Shown in pieces: positions 23,991 through 35,457 of a stretch of DNA of 64,000 bases. This DNA is from an uncultured Actinomycetota bacterium (GTDB lineage Bacteria; Actinomycetota; Thermoleophilia; RBG-16-64-13): positions 1,632,353-1,696,352 of the forward strand of contig CAVTPV010000005.1 of the NCBI GenBank assembly GCA_963736705.1. The letters run 5' to 3'. Below the pieces are notes generated by a model. That model was not told the DNA's origin, made no database searches, and worked only from the letters and a program-made list of their open reading frames with translations. A program made the translations under genes and the position numbers. Within the stretch, counting starts at the first letter, position 1. Each line of letters opens with the position of its first letter.

Positions 23991-24040
23991 CCAAACAGAG
24001 CCAAAAATGGCCGAAAATGGCCGAAAGTGGCCTAAAGGCT
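23991..24040. repeat. Five tandem degenerate 10 bp units (CCnAAAnnGG) upstream of hup
   Basis: CCAAACAGAG CCAAAAATGG CCGAAAATGG CCGAAAGTGG CCTAAAGGCT. Confidence 0.8.
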
Positions 24041-24047
24041 CATCCTC

Positions 24048-24596
24048 TCAGGGCTTTGGCGCGATGCCGAGCTCCGTCGAGGTGAACAGCGGGCGCAGAA
24101 CGAGACCCGCCGCGGCCGCCGCCGCAGCCCCGCCTTCCTCCCGATCGACCACGCAGTAGAGGTCGCGGACGTCCAGTCCGGCCTCCCGCAGGGCCTCCGC
24201 CGCCATGATGGCCGCTCCGCCCGACGTGACGATGTCCTCGATGATCGCCACCCGCTCGCCGGGTTCGAACCTGCCTTCGATCTGCTTGGTGGTCCCGTAC
24301 TCCTTGGACTTCTTGCGCACCAGCAGCAGCGGGATACCCAGTTCCAGCGACAGGCCCGCGCCCAGCACCACGCCGCCCAGCTCCGGAGCGGCCAGACGCT
24401 GGTAGTTCTCGCCGGCGGCGAGCTGCTCCCTGACCATCATGGCCAGCTCGGACACGATGCCCCGCAGCACCATGGGATCGGTCTCGAACAGGTACTTGTC
24501 CAGGTAGTACTTGCTCCGCTTGCCGGAGCGCAGCACGAAGTCGCCCTCCAGATAGGCGGCCTTCAGCAGCGCCTTCCCCACGTCTTCCTTGTCCAC
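24048..24596 (-). CDS. pyrE: Orotate phosphoribosyltransferase
   Basis: GDFVLRSGKRSKYYLDK, RKKSKEYG, IIEDIVTSG, VVDRE; AGGAGG RBS. Confidence 0.92.
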   Translation of the reverse strand: MDKEDVGKALLKAAYLEGDFVLRSGKRSKYYLDKYLFETDPMVLRGIVSELAMMVREQLAAGENYQRLAAPELGGVVLGAGLSLELGIPLLLVRKKSKEYGTTKQIEGRFEPGERVAIIEDIVTSGGAAIMAAEALREAGLDVRDLYCVVDREEGGAAAAAAAGLVLRPLFTSTELGIAPKP

Positions 24597-24609
24597 ACGC
24601 CTCCTCCTT

Positions 24610-26005
24610 CTACAGAGCCCGAGACCGTTATCCGCTCGACCGCCACCGACGGCGTGCACACGCTGCCGTAGAGCGGGATCCACCGGGAATCGCCTCCCAG
24701 GTCGACGATCGACCCGAGGAGAGCGAGAGAAAGTCGGTAGCCATGGTGACTTCGCGCACCGGCCGCCCGAGGGCGCCGTTCTCGATAAGCCTGCCGCTGA
24801 CGCCCACGGAGATCTCGCCGCTGACGACGTTGACCCCCGAGTGCAGCCCGGAGGCGTTCTCGACGTAGAGGCCGTCGCCCACCCGCGCGATGAGCTCCGC
24901 CAGCGTTCCCGGACCCGGGTTGGAGCACCAGGTTGCTGGCCGCCACGCGCGGGCACGGCGCGGTACGACCCGCGCTCCGCATTGCCCGTGGACGCGGCGC
25001 CTTCTCCGGCCTTGCGGGCCGTATAGCTGCTGTGTAAATACGCCCCCAGCACGCCGCCCTGGATGAGCGGGGTCCGCTGCCGGGGCACGCCCTCACCGTC
25101 GAACGGGTTGGTGGCCATGCCGCCTGGGGCCAGCCCGTCGTCGAGAAGCGTGACTCGGTCGGAAGCCGATGGCCTCCCCGAGCTTGCCCGCGAACAGCGA
25201 GCGACCCTTCTGCACCGCGTCGGCGCTGAGCCCCTGAGCCAGGTACGAGAGCAGCGCCGCCATGACCTCCCGGGCGAACACCAGCGGTGTAGGCGCCGGT
25301 AGCGCAGGGCCGGGCGCCCAGAAGCGCCGCGGCCTTCTCCCCCGCTTCTCGCCCGGCCGCCTCCGCGTCGAGTTCTTCCGGGTCGCGCGCTAGCGTCGAA
25401 GCCCAAGCCGGTCTGGCGGTCGTCGCCCGTGCCCGCGTGGGCCTGCGACCAGACGAAGCAGAACGAATGCTCGGCCTCGGCCTCCACCCCTGTGCTGGAG
25501 CAGATGGCGATGCGGCTCTCCTCGTCGGAGTAGACGCTCTCTTCGACCGTCTCCACTCCCGGGCAGGCCAGCGCCCGCCGTTCGACCGCGAGCGCCAGTG
25601 CGACCTTGTCCTCCAGGCTCAGGCGGCCCACGCCCAGGCCGCCAGAGCCCCGGGATGGCCGGGTAGCCCGCAGCGGCGCTCGGCGGCAGAGCCGGCGTAC
25701 GGATCGGCGTCGGTGACGTCCACGTTGGCCACCGCTCCCGCGAGGACCGCGTCCAGACCGCTGTCGGAGAGGTCGGCGGTGAAGGCGTAGCCCACCCGGC
25801 CGCCGCGCACCGCGCGGACGCCCAGCCCGGATGGCTGCGCCACCGAGATGGACTCCACCTCGCCGCCGTACACCTTGATGGAGGCCGTCTTGCCGGCCTC
25901 ACAGTAGACCTCGAGGTCTGCGCCCAGCCGGCGGCCCCGGTCGAGGGCCCGCTTGGCCGTCGCCAGAGGGGACGTGCGCTCGTTGTTGCCGCGTGGTGCG
26001 CTCAT
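24610..26005 (-). CDS. pmbA: TldE/PmbA family protein (frameshifted, end approximate)
   Basis: GLGVRAVRGGRVGYA, VQKGRSLF, PFDGEG, STGNA, IENG. Confidence 0.85.
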
Positions 26006-27436
26006 CCTAGGCTCGTGCCTCCCACCGTCAGTTCGCGGATGCGGATGGTCGGCTGGCCGGTGCCCACCGGGACCAGCTGCCCCTCCTTGCCGCAACTGCC
26101 GGCTTTGATGTCCAGGTCGTCGGCGATGGCGTCGATGTTCAGCAAGCACCTCGGCGCCGCTGCCGATGAGCGTGGCGCCCCGCACCGGAGTGGTGATCCT
26201 GCCGTTCTCGATGAGGTAGCCCTCCGCCACCCCGAACACGAACTCGCCGGTGGCCGGGTTGACCTGTCCGCCGGAGAGCGATTTGGCGTACAGGGCCTTG
26301 GGCGTGTCGGCGATGATCTGCTCCGCGTTGTGCGCGCCCGGGCCGAAGTAGGTGTTGGTCATGCGCGGATAGGGCAGGTGCCGGTAGTCCTGCCGCCGGC
26401 CGTTGCCGCTGAGCGGCAGCCCCAGGTGTCCGCCCCGCAGCTTGTCGGTGAGGTAGCCGGTGAGGATGCCCGCCTCGATGACCGTGGTCTTGCTGGCAAG
26501 GCGTCCCCTCGTCGTCGCACCGGGCGCTGCCCCACAGGCCCGCGGTGACGCCGTCGTCGTAGGCGAAGACGTGCTCGCCCGCCACGCGCTCGCCCAGCCT
26601 GCCCTCCCAGACGCTGGTCTTCTTGAGGATGTAGTCGGCCTCCAGCCCGTGACCGACCGCCTCGTGGAAGAGCACGCCCCCGAACCCGTTGGCCAGCACG
26701 ACCGGCATGCGGCCGGCCGGCGCCGGGATGGAGTCGAGCATGACGAGAGCCCTCTGCGTGGCGGTGGCCGCCAAGTTCGGCGATCTGCTCCTCGGTGAAG
26801 TCCTCCAGGCTGCCCTGCAGAGCCAGAGTCTCCCGGCCCATCTGCAGAAGCGTGCCCCGCTGGGCCATGACGTTCACCGCGAGCATCTTGCGGACACGGT
26901 CGTCGGAGGCGCGGGTGCCATCGGAGTCGGCGATCCAGACACGCTGGCGCGACTCCCCGTAGACGGCCGTGACCTGGCGGACCTCTCCTGACAGGCCCCG
27001 GGCCGTCTGATCGGCGAGGCGCAGGAGTGACGCGCTGGTGGCGACGCGCGCGCGAGCCGCGTCGCGGTCGGTGTGGTCGATGGCGGCCAGGGGCGCGGCA
27101 GCTTCGGGGCGGACCTGGGAGCCAGTCGCGACGGCGCCGGCCGCGGCCGCGCCTGCGTCCGAGCCGGACAGCTCGTCGGCGAGCCGCAGCAAGCGAGCCC
27201 TCGTCGACGGCGTCGACGTACCCGAACTCTGTGCTGAGGCCCCGGATGACCCGGACAGACGCCCCCCGGTCCACGCCCGAGACGGCGTCCTCGATCTTGC
27301 CGTCCTCCAGCCGGAGGGAAAGCGAGGACCGATCCTCTACGAAGACCTCGGCGCGCCGGCCGCCCCCACGGGCGGCGGCGGAAACGACAGCGTCAAGCAG
27401 CCCGGAGTCGGGCCCCGTGAAATCGGCGTTCGTCAT
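26002..27436 (-). CDS. tldD: TldD family metalloprotease (frameshifted)
   Basis: HEAVGHGLEAD, DDEG, GNGRRQ, PRMTNT, CGKEGQLVPVG. Confidence 0.92.
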
Positions 27437-27448
27437 GAAGCGCCGGGA

Positions 27449-27665
27449 TCAGTGACTGATGGGGCTCTGAGCGAGGATCTCGCTGGCCGCGGCCACAAAG
27501 GGCTCGGCCTCGTCCGGTGTTGCCCGGGAAAGCCAGCATGGACCCGTCGTCGAAGTAGAGCTCCACCTGCGGGTTGCGGGCGCGCACGAAGAAGAAGTAG
27601 TAGGCGCCGGCCGCCGCGCTGGCCAGGAGCGCGAAGATGCCGAAGAACTTGAGGACACGTTTCAT
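27449..27665 (-). CDS. Small membrane-anchored hypothetical protein (frameshift near 27515)
   Basis: N-terminal TM helix then VELYFDDGSM; abuts the roadblock gene. Confidence 0.6.
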
Positions 27666-28052
27666 CTAGGCCTCCTCTCCGGTAGCCGCTTTGCCCGCCG
27701 CTTCCCGCGCGTCGCGCAGGCAGGTCTTGAGATCGTACAGAGCCAGGCCGATGCGGCTGCCCTTCTTGCCGGTGGCGACGGCCGTCATGCCGTCGGCAGC
27801 GATCTCGCGGACCAGGAACACCAGGCCCGCCGGAGCTTCGACCACCATCTGCGTGAGCGGCTGCGAGCCCATCTTCTCAGCGCTCGCCTGGCCAAGGCCC
27901 ACCAGCACCGTCGCCTGGGCCACGGTGGCCGAGAGCGCGGGCTCGCTCATGTTGGAAGCCAGAACTCCCTCGGGTCCAAAGACGACCGCTTTGTCGATAT
28001 CGGTGGAGATGTCGAGCATCTCGCCGAACGCGGCTTCTATCTCTTGCTTCAT
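27666..28052 (-). CDS. Roadblock/LC7 (MglB-like) domain protein
   Basis: 128 aa with the roadblock pattern: helix, AVVFGPEG, helix, QMVVEAPAGLVFLV, GLALYDL. Confidence 0.6.
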   Translation of the reverse strand: MKQEIEAAFGEMLDISTDIDKAVVFGPEGVLASNMSEPALSATVAQATVLVGLGQASAEKMGSQPLTQMVVEAPAGLVFLVREIAADGMTAVATGKKGSRIGLALYDLKTCLRDAREAAGKAATGEEA

Positions 28053-28143
28053 CAGCGCCTCCGCTCTACGTGATCGGGGGACCTTGTCTCACGAATCATC
28101 AGTCTCGACCAGTTTACCACCGGGTCCGGACCCTCAAACGAGA

Positions 28144-28218
28144 GGGGCCGCCGCGGCCGCCCCGAAGGGCGTGGCCGCGGCGGCCCCGAAAGGCGGCGCG
28201 CCAAATGGCGCGCCGGCC
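28144..28218 (-). terminator. Tandem GC-rich hairpins after groEL
   Basis: GGCGCGCC-ATTT-GGCGCGCC, then a long stem with a C(UUCG)G loop on the minus strand. Confidence 0.7.
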
Positions 28219-28235
28219 GATCGTGGACTCTCTTC

Positions 28236-29882
<1,647 letters not shown>

Positions 29883-29919
29883 TTAGTCGATCGTCAGTAA
29901 GCCAGCGGAACCGGGTGGT

Positions 29920-30216
29920 TCACTCGCCGGGGATGACGCCGATGATGTCGGTGAGGCCGCGAAGCACGAGGTAATCGTCACCGTCGAGCTTGAGCTCGGT
30001 GCCGGCGTACTTGGCGAAGACGACCAGGTCGCCCTCTTTGACCGGCATGGGGATGAACTCGCCCTTGTCGGAGTATTTGCCTGGGCCTACGGCTACGACG
30101 CGTCCCTTGGACGGCTTCTCTTTAGCCGTGTCGGGGAGGACGATACCCGTCGAAGTCACCATTTCTGATTCGATGATCTTGACGACGACCCTGTCCTCGA
30201 GTGGCACTAGTTTCAT
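29920..30216 (-). CDS. groS: Co-chaperonin GroES
   Basis: [12 protein letters not shown]...[12 protein letters not shown]...KYAGTE; AGGAGG RBS. Confidence 0.97.
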   Translation of the reverse strand: MKLVPLEDRVVVKIIESEMVTSTGIVLPDTAKEKPSKGRVVAVGPGKYSDKGEFIPMPVKEGDLVVFAKYAGTELKLDGDDYLVLRGLTDIIGVIPGE

Positions 30217-30297
30217 GCACAACCCTCCTGTTTTCCGCGTTTTCGACTTCTACTCGTTCTGTGCCTGGTAACAGGCAGTGATACCTGTTTCGCAGAA

Positions 30298-30324
30298 TTG
30301 GCACTCTCATCGGTAGAGTGCCAA
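30298..30324. promoter_or_regulatory. CIRCE element (HrcA operator)
   Basis: TTGGCACTC-N9-GAGTGCCAA upstream of groES. Confidence 0.93.
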
Positions 30325-30333
30325 GCGGCGGAT

Positions 30334-30382
30334 ATGTTATGCGCAGAAAGGCGATTTGTCAAACATGGAAGGAGAGTGCCAA
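30334..30382 (-). promoter_or_regulatory. Sigma-A promoter of groESL, overlapped by a second degenerate CIRCE
   Basis: TTGACA (30362-30357), 17 bp spacer, TAACAT (30339-30334); TTGGCACTC-N9-GTTTGACAA at 30382-30356. Confidence 0.8.
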
Positions 30383-30400
30383 CTGCGGCACTCAGACCGT

Positions 30401-31607
30401 TCACCGCACCATGAGCTTGCGTGTCGCGGCGGTGAGCCCATCCACAGTGAGTTCGAACATAGGGAAGACCTCGCGAACCTTGCGGATGGTGACACTGCCC
30501 CAGGCGCGGTCCCACTCGGGCCTCGGGGATGGTGTTGAGCCACACGGAGTGGTCGAAGTGGCGGCGAAGACGGCGGAGCCACTCGATGCCCGGCTCGTCG
30601 TTGTCGGAACCCCACCAGATGACGCCACCGCGGGCCATGAGCTCGCTGCTGGCCATGGCCGCGTCGCCGACGACGATCAACTTGTAGTCGCTGGGAAGTT
30701 CCTGGAGCACACGCCGGGTGGAGACCGCCTCGGAGGTCGCCATCCGCGTGCCCGTGTAGAGCCAGTCGTACACGCAGTTGTGGAAGTAGTAGAAGCGCAG
30801 GTCCTTGAAGTGGCTGCTACGGTTGACGGCGCTGAAGAGCTGGCTGCAGAGGAGGGTGTGGGGGTCCATGGAACCGCCGACGTCCATGAGCAGCAGGACC
30901 TTGACGGCGTTCTTGCGGCTCTTGCGCCAGACGAGGCTGAGACGGCCGGCGTTGCTCGCCGTCTCCTCGATGGTCTCGTCCAGATCGAGCTCATCGGGGA
31001 CGCCTTCGTTGCGCGACGACAGCTGACGAAGGCGTCGCAGGGCGAGCTCGAACTGCCGCACGCCCACCTCTTGGTCGGTGCGGTAGCCACGGTAGCGGCG
31101 CTCGCCGGCCACCTTGACGGCACTGCGGTTGCGGCTCTCGCCTCCCACGCGGATGCCGCCGGGGTGGTAGCCGGAGTGGCCGAAGGGGCTGGTGCCGCCG
31201 GTGCCCACCCACTTGTTGCCGCCGTGATGGGCTTCCGTCTGCTCCTTGAGGCGCTCCTCGAACATCTCTCGGAGCGCGTCCAGATCCAGGTCCTCGAGAG
31301 CGGCGGCCAGCTGTCGCCGTTCCTCGTCGGTCAGCCCGGGCATCGTCAGCGGGTTGGCGAGCCAGTCCCAGACCTCGTCGGCGATCTCCACGGGCGTCTC
31401 GATGCCCTTGAACATGTGCGCGAACGCCTGGTCGTACTGGTCGAAGTAGGTCTCGCTCTTGACCAGGATGCTGCGCGCGACCGCGTAGAACTGGTCAAGG
31501 CCGGCGGGGACGAGCCCCATGGCGAGCCCGCGCATGAGCGCGAGCCACTCCGTGACCGACACCGGCACGCCGTAGAGGCGGAGCAGGAAGAAGAAGTCGG
31601 TGAACAT
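30401..31607 (-). CDS. VWA domain protein (CoxE-like), frameshift near 30515
   Basis: GGNKWVGTGGTSPFG, MIDAS motif DVGGSM, YFHNCVY, VGDAAM. Confidence 0.85.
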
Positions 31608-31645
31608 CGCTTCAGTCGCCGCTCAGCAGGCGCATCCGCGCGACC

Positions 31646-32479
31646 TCAGCGCCGCCGATTCGAGGCCAGGGCGCGCTGGGCCACGTCCACATCGTGGTCC
31701 TTCTTGAGCAGCACGCCCATGAAGGGCAGGCGCGCGGCGATCGACTCGTGGTCGACCCCTCCGCGCTCCAGCGCCTGCACCCAGTCGATGAGCTCGCTGG
31801 TGCTGGGCTTCTTCTGCAGGCCGGGCATGTCGCGAAGCCAGTAGAAGGCCTGCATGGCCAGGTCGAGCAGCCGCTGGTCCAGACCGGGCACGTGCACGCG
31901 GACGATGCGCTCCATCATCTCCTTGTCCGGGAACTGGATGTAGTGGAACACGCAGCGCCTCAAGAAAGCGTCGGGCAGCTCCTTCTCGGCGTTGCTCGTG
32001 ATGAGGACGATCGGCCGGTGCTTGGCTTTGATGTTCTGCCGCGTCTCAGGGATGTGGAACTCCATCTGGTCGAGTTCCCAGAGCAGGTCGTTGGGGAATT
32101 CGAGGTCGGCCTTGTCGATCTCGTCGATGAGCAGCACCACGCGCTCCTCGCTGCAGAAGGCCTCGCCCAGCTTGCCGAGCTTGATGTACTGGGCGATGTC
32201 GCTCACGTCGCGCTCGCCGAACTGGCCGTCGTACAGACGCTGGACCGTGTCGTAGACGTACAGTCCGTCCTGCGCCTTCGTCGTGGACTTGACGTTCCAG
32301 ATGAGCAGCGGCACGCCGAGGCCTCTGGCGATGGACTGGGCGAGCATGGTCTTGCCGGTGCCGGGCTCGCCCTTGATGAGCAGCGGGCGGCTGAGCTGTA
32401 CGGCGACGTTGACAGTCTGCATGAGGTCGGGCGCGGCGATGTAGTCGCTGGTGCCCACGTAGGCAATGGACTGGCTCAT
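31646..32479 (-). CDS. MoxR family AAA+ ATPase
   Basis: GEPGTGKT, LLIDEIDKAD, ELPDAFLRRC, KKPSTSELIDW. Confidence 0.9.
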   Translation of the reverse strand: MSQSIAYVGTSDYIAAPDLMQTVNVAVQLSRPLLIKGEPGTGKTMLAQSIARGLGVPLLIWNVKSTTKAQDGLYVYDTVQRLYDGQFGERDVSDIAQYIKLGKLGEAFCSEERVVLLIDEIDKADLEFPNDLLWELDQMEFHIPETRQNIKAKHRPIVLITSNAEKELPDAFLRRCVFHYIQFPDKEMMERIVRVHVPGLDQRLLDLAMQAFYWLRDMPGLQKKPSTSELIDWVQALERGGVDHESIAARLPFMGVLLKKDHDVDVAQRALASNRRR

Positions 32480-32565
32480 GGGAGTGCGCTTTCGGTCGTT
32501 GACTGGGCGCCGGGAGCGCCGAGGATGCCGCCGGGAGTCTACCAGATGGCCGGCCGTGCGAGGGT

Positions 32566-33630
32566 CTACGGCAGGGTCGTCCACCGCCCCAGCGGCAGCG
32601 ACGCCGAGGCGTCCACGCTGAGGTAATCAGGGTACGCGAGGGACGGCCCGTGCAGCGCCGCCGCCCCGATCATGGCGGCGTTGTCGGTGCAGTAGGCGAA
32701 GGGCGGCACCACCACATGCAGGCCGGCCGCCTCGCCCTTCTCGCGCAGCCTGCGCCGCAGCAGCGAGTTGGCCGCCACTCCCCCGGCCACGCCCAGTGTC
32801 AGGGCTCCCTCGGCCTTGGCCGCCTTCACCGACTTGCTCACCAAGGCCTCGACGATGGCCTCCCGGTAGGAAGCGGCCACGTCGGCGGCGCGGGCGGCGC
32901 GCTGCTCGGCGGTCATGTCGCGCAGGAGGTAGAAGAGGGCGGTCTTGACGCCCGAGAACGAGAAGTCCGGCTTTGGAGACCGCTTGAGCGCCACCGGGAA
33001 GTCGAACGCCTTCGGATCGCCCTTCTCGGCGAGTTCGTCCAGCTCCCGCCCCCCGGGATAGCCCAGGCCCAGCAGGCGGGCGCCCTTGTCGAAGGCCTCG
33101 CCGGCGGCGTCGTCCAGGGTCTGGCCGAGCAGCCGGTAGTGGGTCCAATCGTCCACGGCCACCAGCGACGTATGCCCCCCGGAGGCGACCAGGGTCACCA
33201 TGGGGAGCGGCGCCTCCTTGTCGGCCAGCCAGACCGCGGCCAGATGCCCGTGCAGGTGGTTCACCGGATAGAGAGGCAGGCGATGTGCCCAGGCGATGGC
33301 CTTGGCCGTCTGCACGCCCACCAGCAGCGCCCCGATGAGCCCCGGCCCCACCGTCACCGCCACGCCACCGAGGTCCTGCACGGTCGTGCCCGCTTGGTCC
33401 AGGGCTTCGCGCACCACGGCGCTCATCCGCTCCACGTGGGCGCGGCTGGCCACCTCGGGCACCACGCCGCCGTACCGCTCGTGGATGGCGTCCTGGGAAT
33501 GCACGACGTTGGAGAGCACCTCACCGCCGGGCGAGAGGACCGCGGCCGAAGAGTCGTCACAGGAGGATTCGATGGCGAGCAGCGGACCCTTCAGCCGAGC
33601 GCGGGCGCCGGCGGCGCCGGGCTGCCGCAC
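32566..33630 (-). CDS. tsaD: tRNA N6-threonylcarbamoyltransferase
   Basis: LAIESSCDD, GGVVPEVASRAH, HLHGH, SGGHT, DDAAGEAFDK, CTDNAAMIG. Confidence 0.96.
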   Translation of the reverse strand: MRQPGAAGARARLKGPLLAIESSCDDSSAAVLSPGGEVLSNVVHSQDAIHERYGGVVPEVASRAHVERMSAVVREALDQAGTTVQDLGGVAVTVGPGLIGALLVGVQTAKAIAWAHRLPLYPVNHLHGHLAAVWLADKEAPLPMVTLVASGGHTSLVAVDDWTHYRLLGQTLDDAAGEAFDKGARLLGLGYPGGRELDELAEKGDPKAFDFPVALKRSPKPDFSFSGVKTALFYLLRDMTAEQRAARAADVAASYREAIVEALVSKSVKAAKAEGALTLGVAGGVAANSLLRRRLREKGEAAGLHVVVPPFAYCTDNAAMIGAAALHGPSLAYPDYLSVDASASLPLGRWTTLP

Positions 33631-34091
33631 CCGCGGACGGCATGTCGGCTCCGAGCGGGCGGATCATCACGAGCGCATCCTCCCCCGTGTCGCTGTAGTA
33701 GCGCTTGCGCGTGCCCACGGTGGCGAAGCCCCACTTCCCGTAGAGGGCCAGGGCCTCGTCGTTGGTGGGCCGCACCTCCAGCAGCACCGGCTGGGCGGCC
33801 TTGTCGGCGGCGATCGAGGAACTCCTGGAGCAGCTGCGCGGCCACCCCGCGGCGCTGCGCCCATGCCGCCACGGCCAGGTTCATGAGATGCCAGGCGTCG
33901 GGGTAGTCGCGGCCGATGAGGTATCCGGCCACCTCTCCCCTCTCGTTCAGCGTGACCCGGTGCCAGCTCCGGTCCTCTTTGATCTCGTCGTCGAACATCA
34001 TCCGCGTCCAGGGCGTCGCGAAGCACCGGCGCTCGATGGCCAGCACCGCGGGCACGTCGCCCACCTGCATGGTGCGGATGGTGAAATCCAT
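33557..34091 (-). CDS. rimI: Ribosomal protein alanine N-acetyltransferase (frameshifted; possibly fused to TsaD)
   Basis: IERRCFATPW, NLAV, LEVRPTN, RKRYYSDTGEDALVM. Confidence 0.85.
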
Positions 34092-34094
34092 GCC

Positions 34095-34982
34095 CTAAGC
34101 CCCGGGGGCCGTCTCGGCCCAGGGGTCGCGCATCTTGGTGATGTGGATGTCTGCGTCGGGCGAGCGCACGTAGATGGGTTTGACCGCCTCGGGGCTGCCG
34201 GGCTCGCCGGCCTTCATGCCGGGCTCGCGGGCCATGCCGCATCCTGTGTACTCCAGCCAGGAGATCAACTGCGACCCGGCGGACGGTCCGTCCGGCTCCT
34301 GCAACTCGTCCTGTCCGACCACCAGGTTCTCCGCCCGGACTTCCAGGGCGTGCAGGCGCACGTGCTCCGGGGCCGCGGCGCCGCTTGCCGCCGTCTCCAG
34401 CACCCCCACGTCGCCCACCACGGCCGTCTCCACCCCAGCGGGGATGTTGCTGAAGAGCGCGTCCCGGTCGCAGACCGCGAACGGCGCGGTGCGGGCATAC
34501 ATAGCCGAGGCTCCGGCCGCCCCGCCCCCGCCGGCCACCCGCCGGTACAGCCCATAGAAGACCTGCCCCCGCCGGGCGTCCACCACGGGTACGATCAGCT
34601 CCGGCTCCGGTTGCGGCTCCGCCCCGTCCGCCGGTACCCCGGAGGACGCCGCCTCGGCCACGAGCGCGGCCAGCGTGCTCACGCCCAGCACCGGGACCTC
34701 GAGAGCCAGCGCCAGGGCGCGGGCCGTCGCCACCGCGATCCGCACGCCGGTGAACGTGCCCGGGCCGATGCCGGTGACCACCGCGGCGATATCCGCCGAG
34801 ACCCGTCCGGTCTCCGCGAGCATGTCGTCTATCAGTTGCAGCAGGACGCGGGCCTGGCCGCGGCTGTCGGTGTGGGTGCGCCGCGCGAGCGCGCTCCATC
34901 CGGCGGCGGGTTCGTAAGCCACCAGCGCGGCAGTGGACACGTGGGTCGCCCCATCCATCACCACGACCACAGGATCACTCAT
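34095..34982 (-). CDS. tsaB: tRNA threonylcarbamoyladenosine biosynthesis protein TsaB
   Basis: GIGPGTFTGVRI, VSTL, DARRGQVF, PIYVR. Confidence 0.92.
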   Translation of the reverse strand: MSDPVVVVMDGATHVSTAALVAYEPAAGWSALARRTHTDSRGQARVLLQLIDDMLAETGRVSADIAAVVTGIGPGTFTGVRIAVATARALALALEVPVLGVSTLAALVAEAASSGVPADGAEPQPEPELIVPVVDARRGQVFYGLYRRVAGGGGAAGASAMYARTAPFAVCDRDALFSNIPAGVETAVVGDVGVLETAASGAAAPEHVRLHALEVRAENLVVGQDELQEPDGPSAGSQLISWLEYTGCGMAREPGMKAGEPGSPEAVKPIYVRSPDADIHITKMRDPWAETAPGA

Positions 34983-35457
34983 GATGGCGGGCCGCCTCCC
35001 AGCGGGCGCGGGCGTCGTCGGTGAGGGCTTCGAGTTCGATGGAGCGCTCGTGCAGCGACTCGTGGGCCATCCGCACGATCCAGGTGGCCGGCCCCAGCCT
35101 GCCGATGCCGGCCTGCGGCCATTCCACCAGCGTCACCGCGTCGTCGCTCACGTACTCCTCGAGAGCGAGGGCGTCGTCGTCGCCGATGTCGTCGAGCCGG
35201 TAGAGGTCCAGATGCTGCACGACCATCCTGCCCGCGTAGATGTTGGCCAGCGTGAACGACGGGCTGCGCACCGGGTCGGTGACCTCCAGGGCCTCGGCCA
35301 CCGCGCGGATGAGCGTGGTCTTGCCGGCGCCGAGCGGCCCATAGAGCAGGACGAGATCGCCTCCCCTGAGCGCGGCGGCCAGCCTGCGTCCGATGCGTTT
35401 CATCTCGGCCAGGCCGACACCCTGCCGGCGGACTACCACGTGCCCTTCGTCTACCAC
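34975..35457 (-). CDS. tsaE: tRNA threonylcarbamoyladenosine biosynthesis ATPase TsaE
   Basis: GPLGAGKT, SPSFTL, HLDLYRL, VEWP. Confidence 0.93.
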   Translation of the reverse strand: MVDEGHVVVRRQGVGLAEMKRIGRRLAAALRGGDLVLLYGPLGAGKTTLIRAVAEALEVTDPVRSPSFTLANIYAGRMVVQHLDLYRLDDIGDDDALALEEYVSDDAVTLVEWPQAGIGRLGPATWIVRMAHESLHERSIELEALTDDARARWEAARHHE

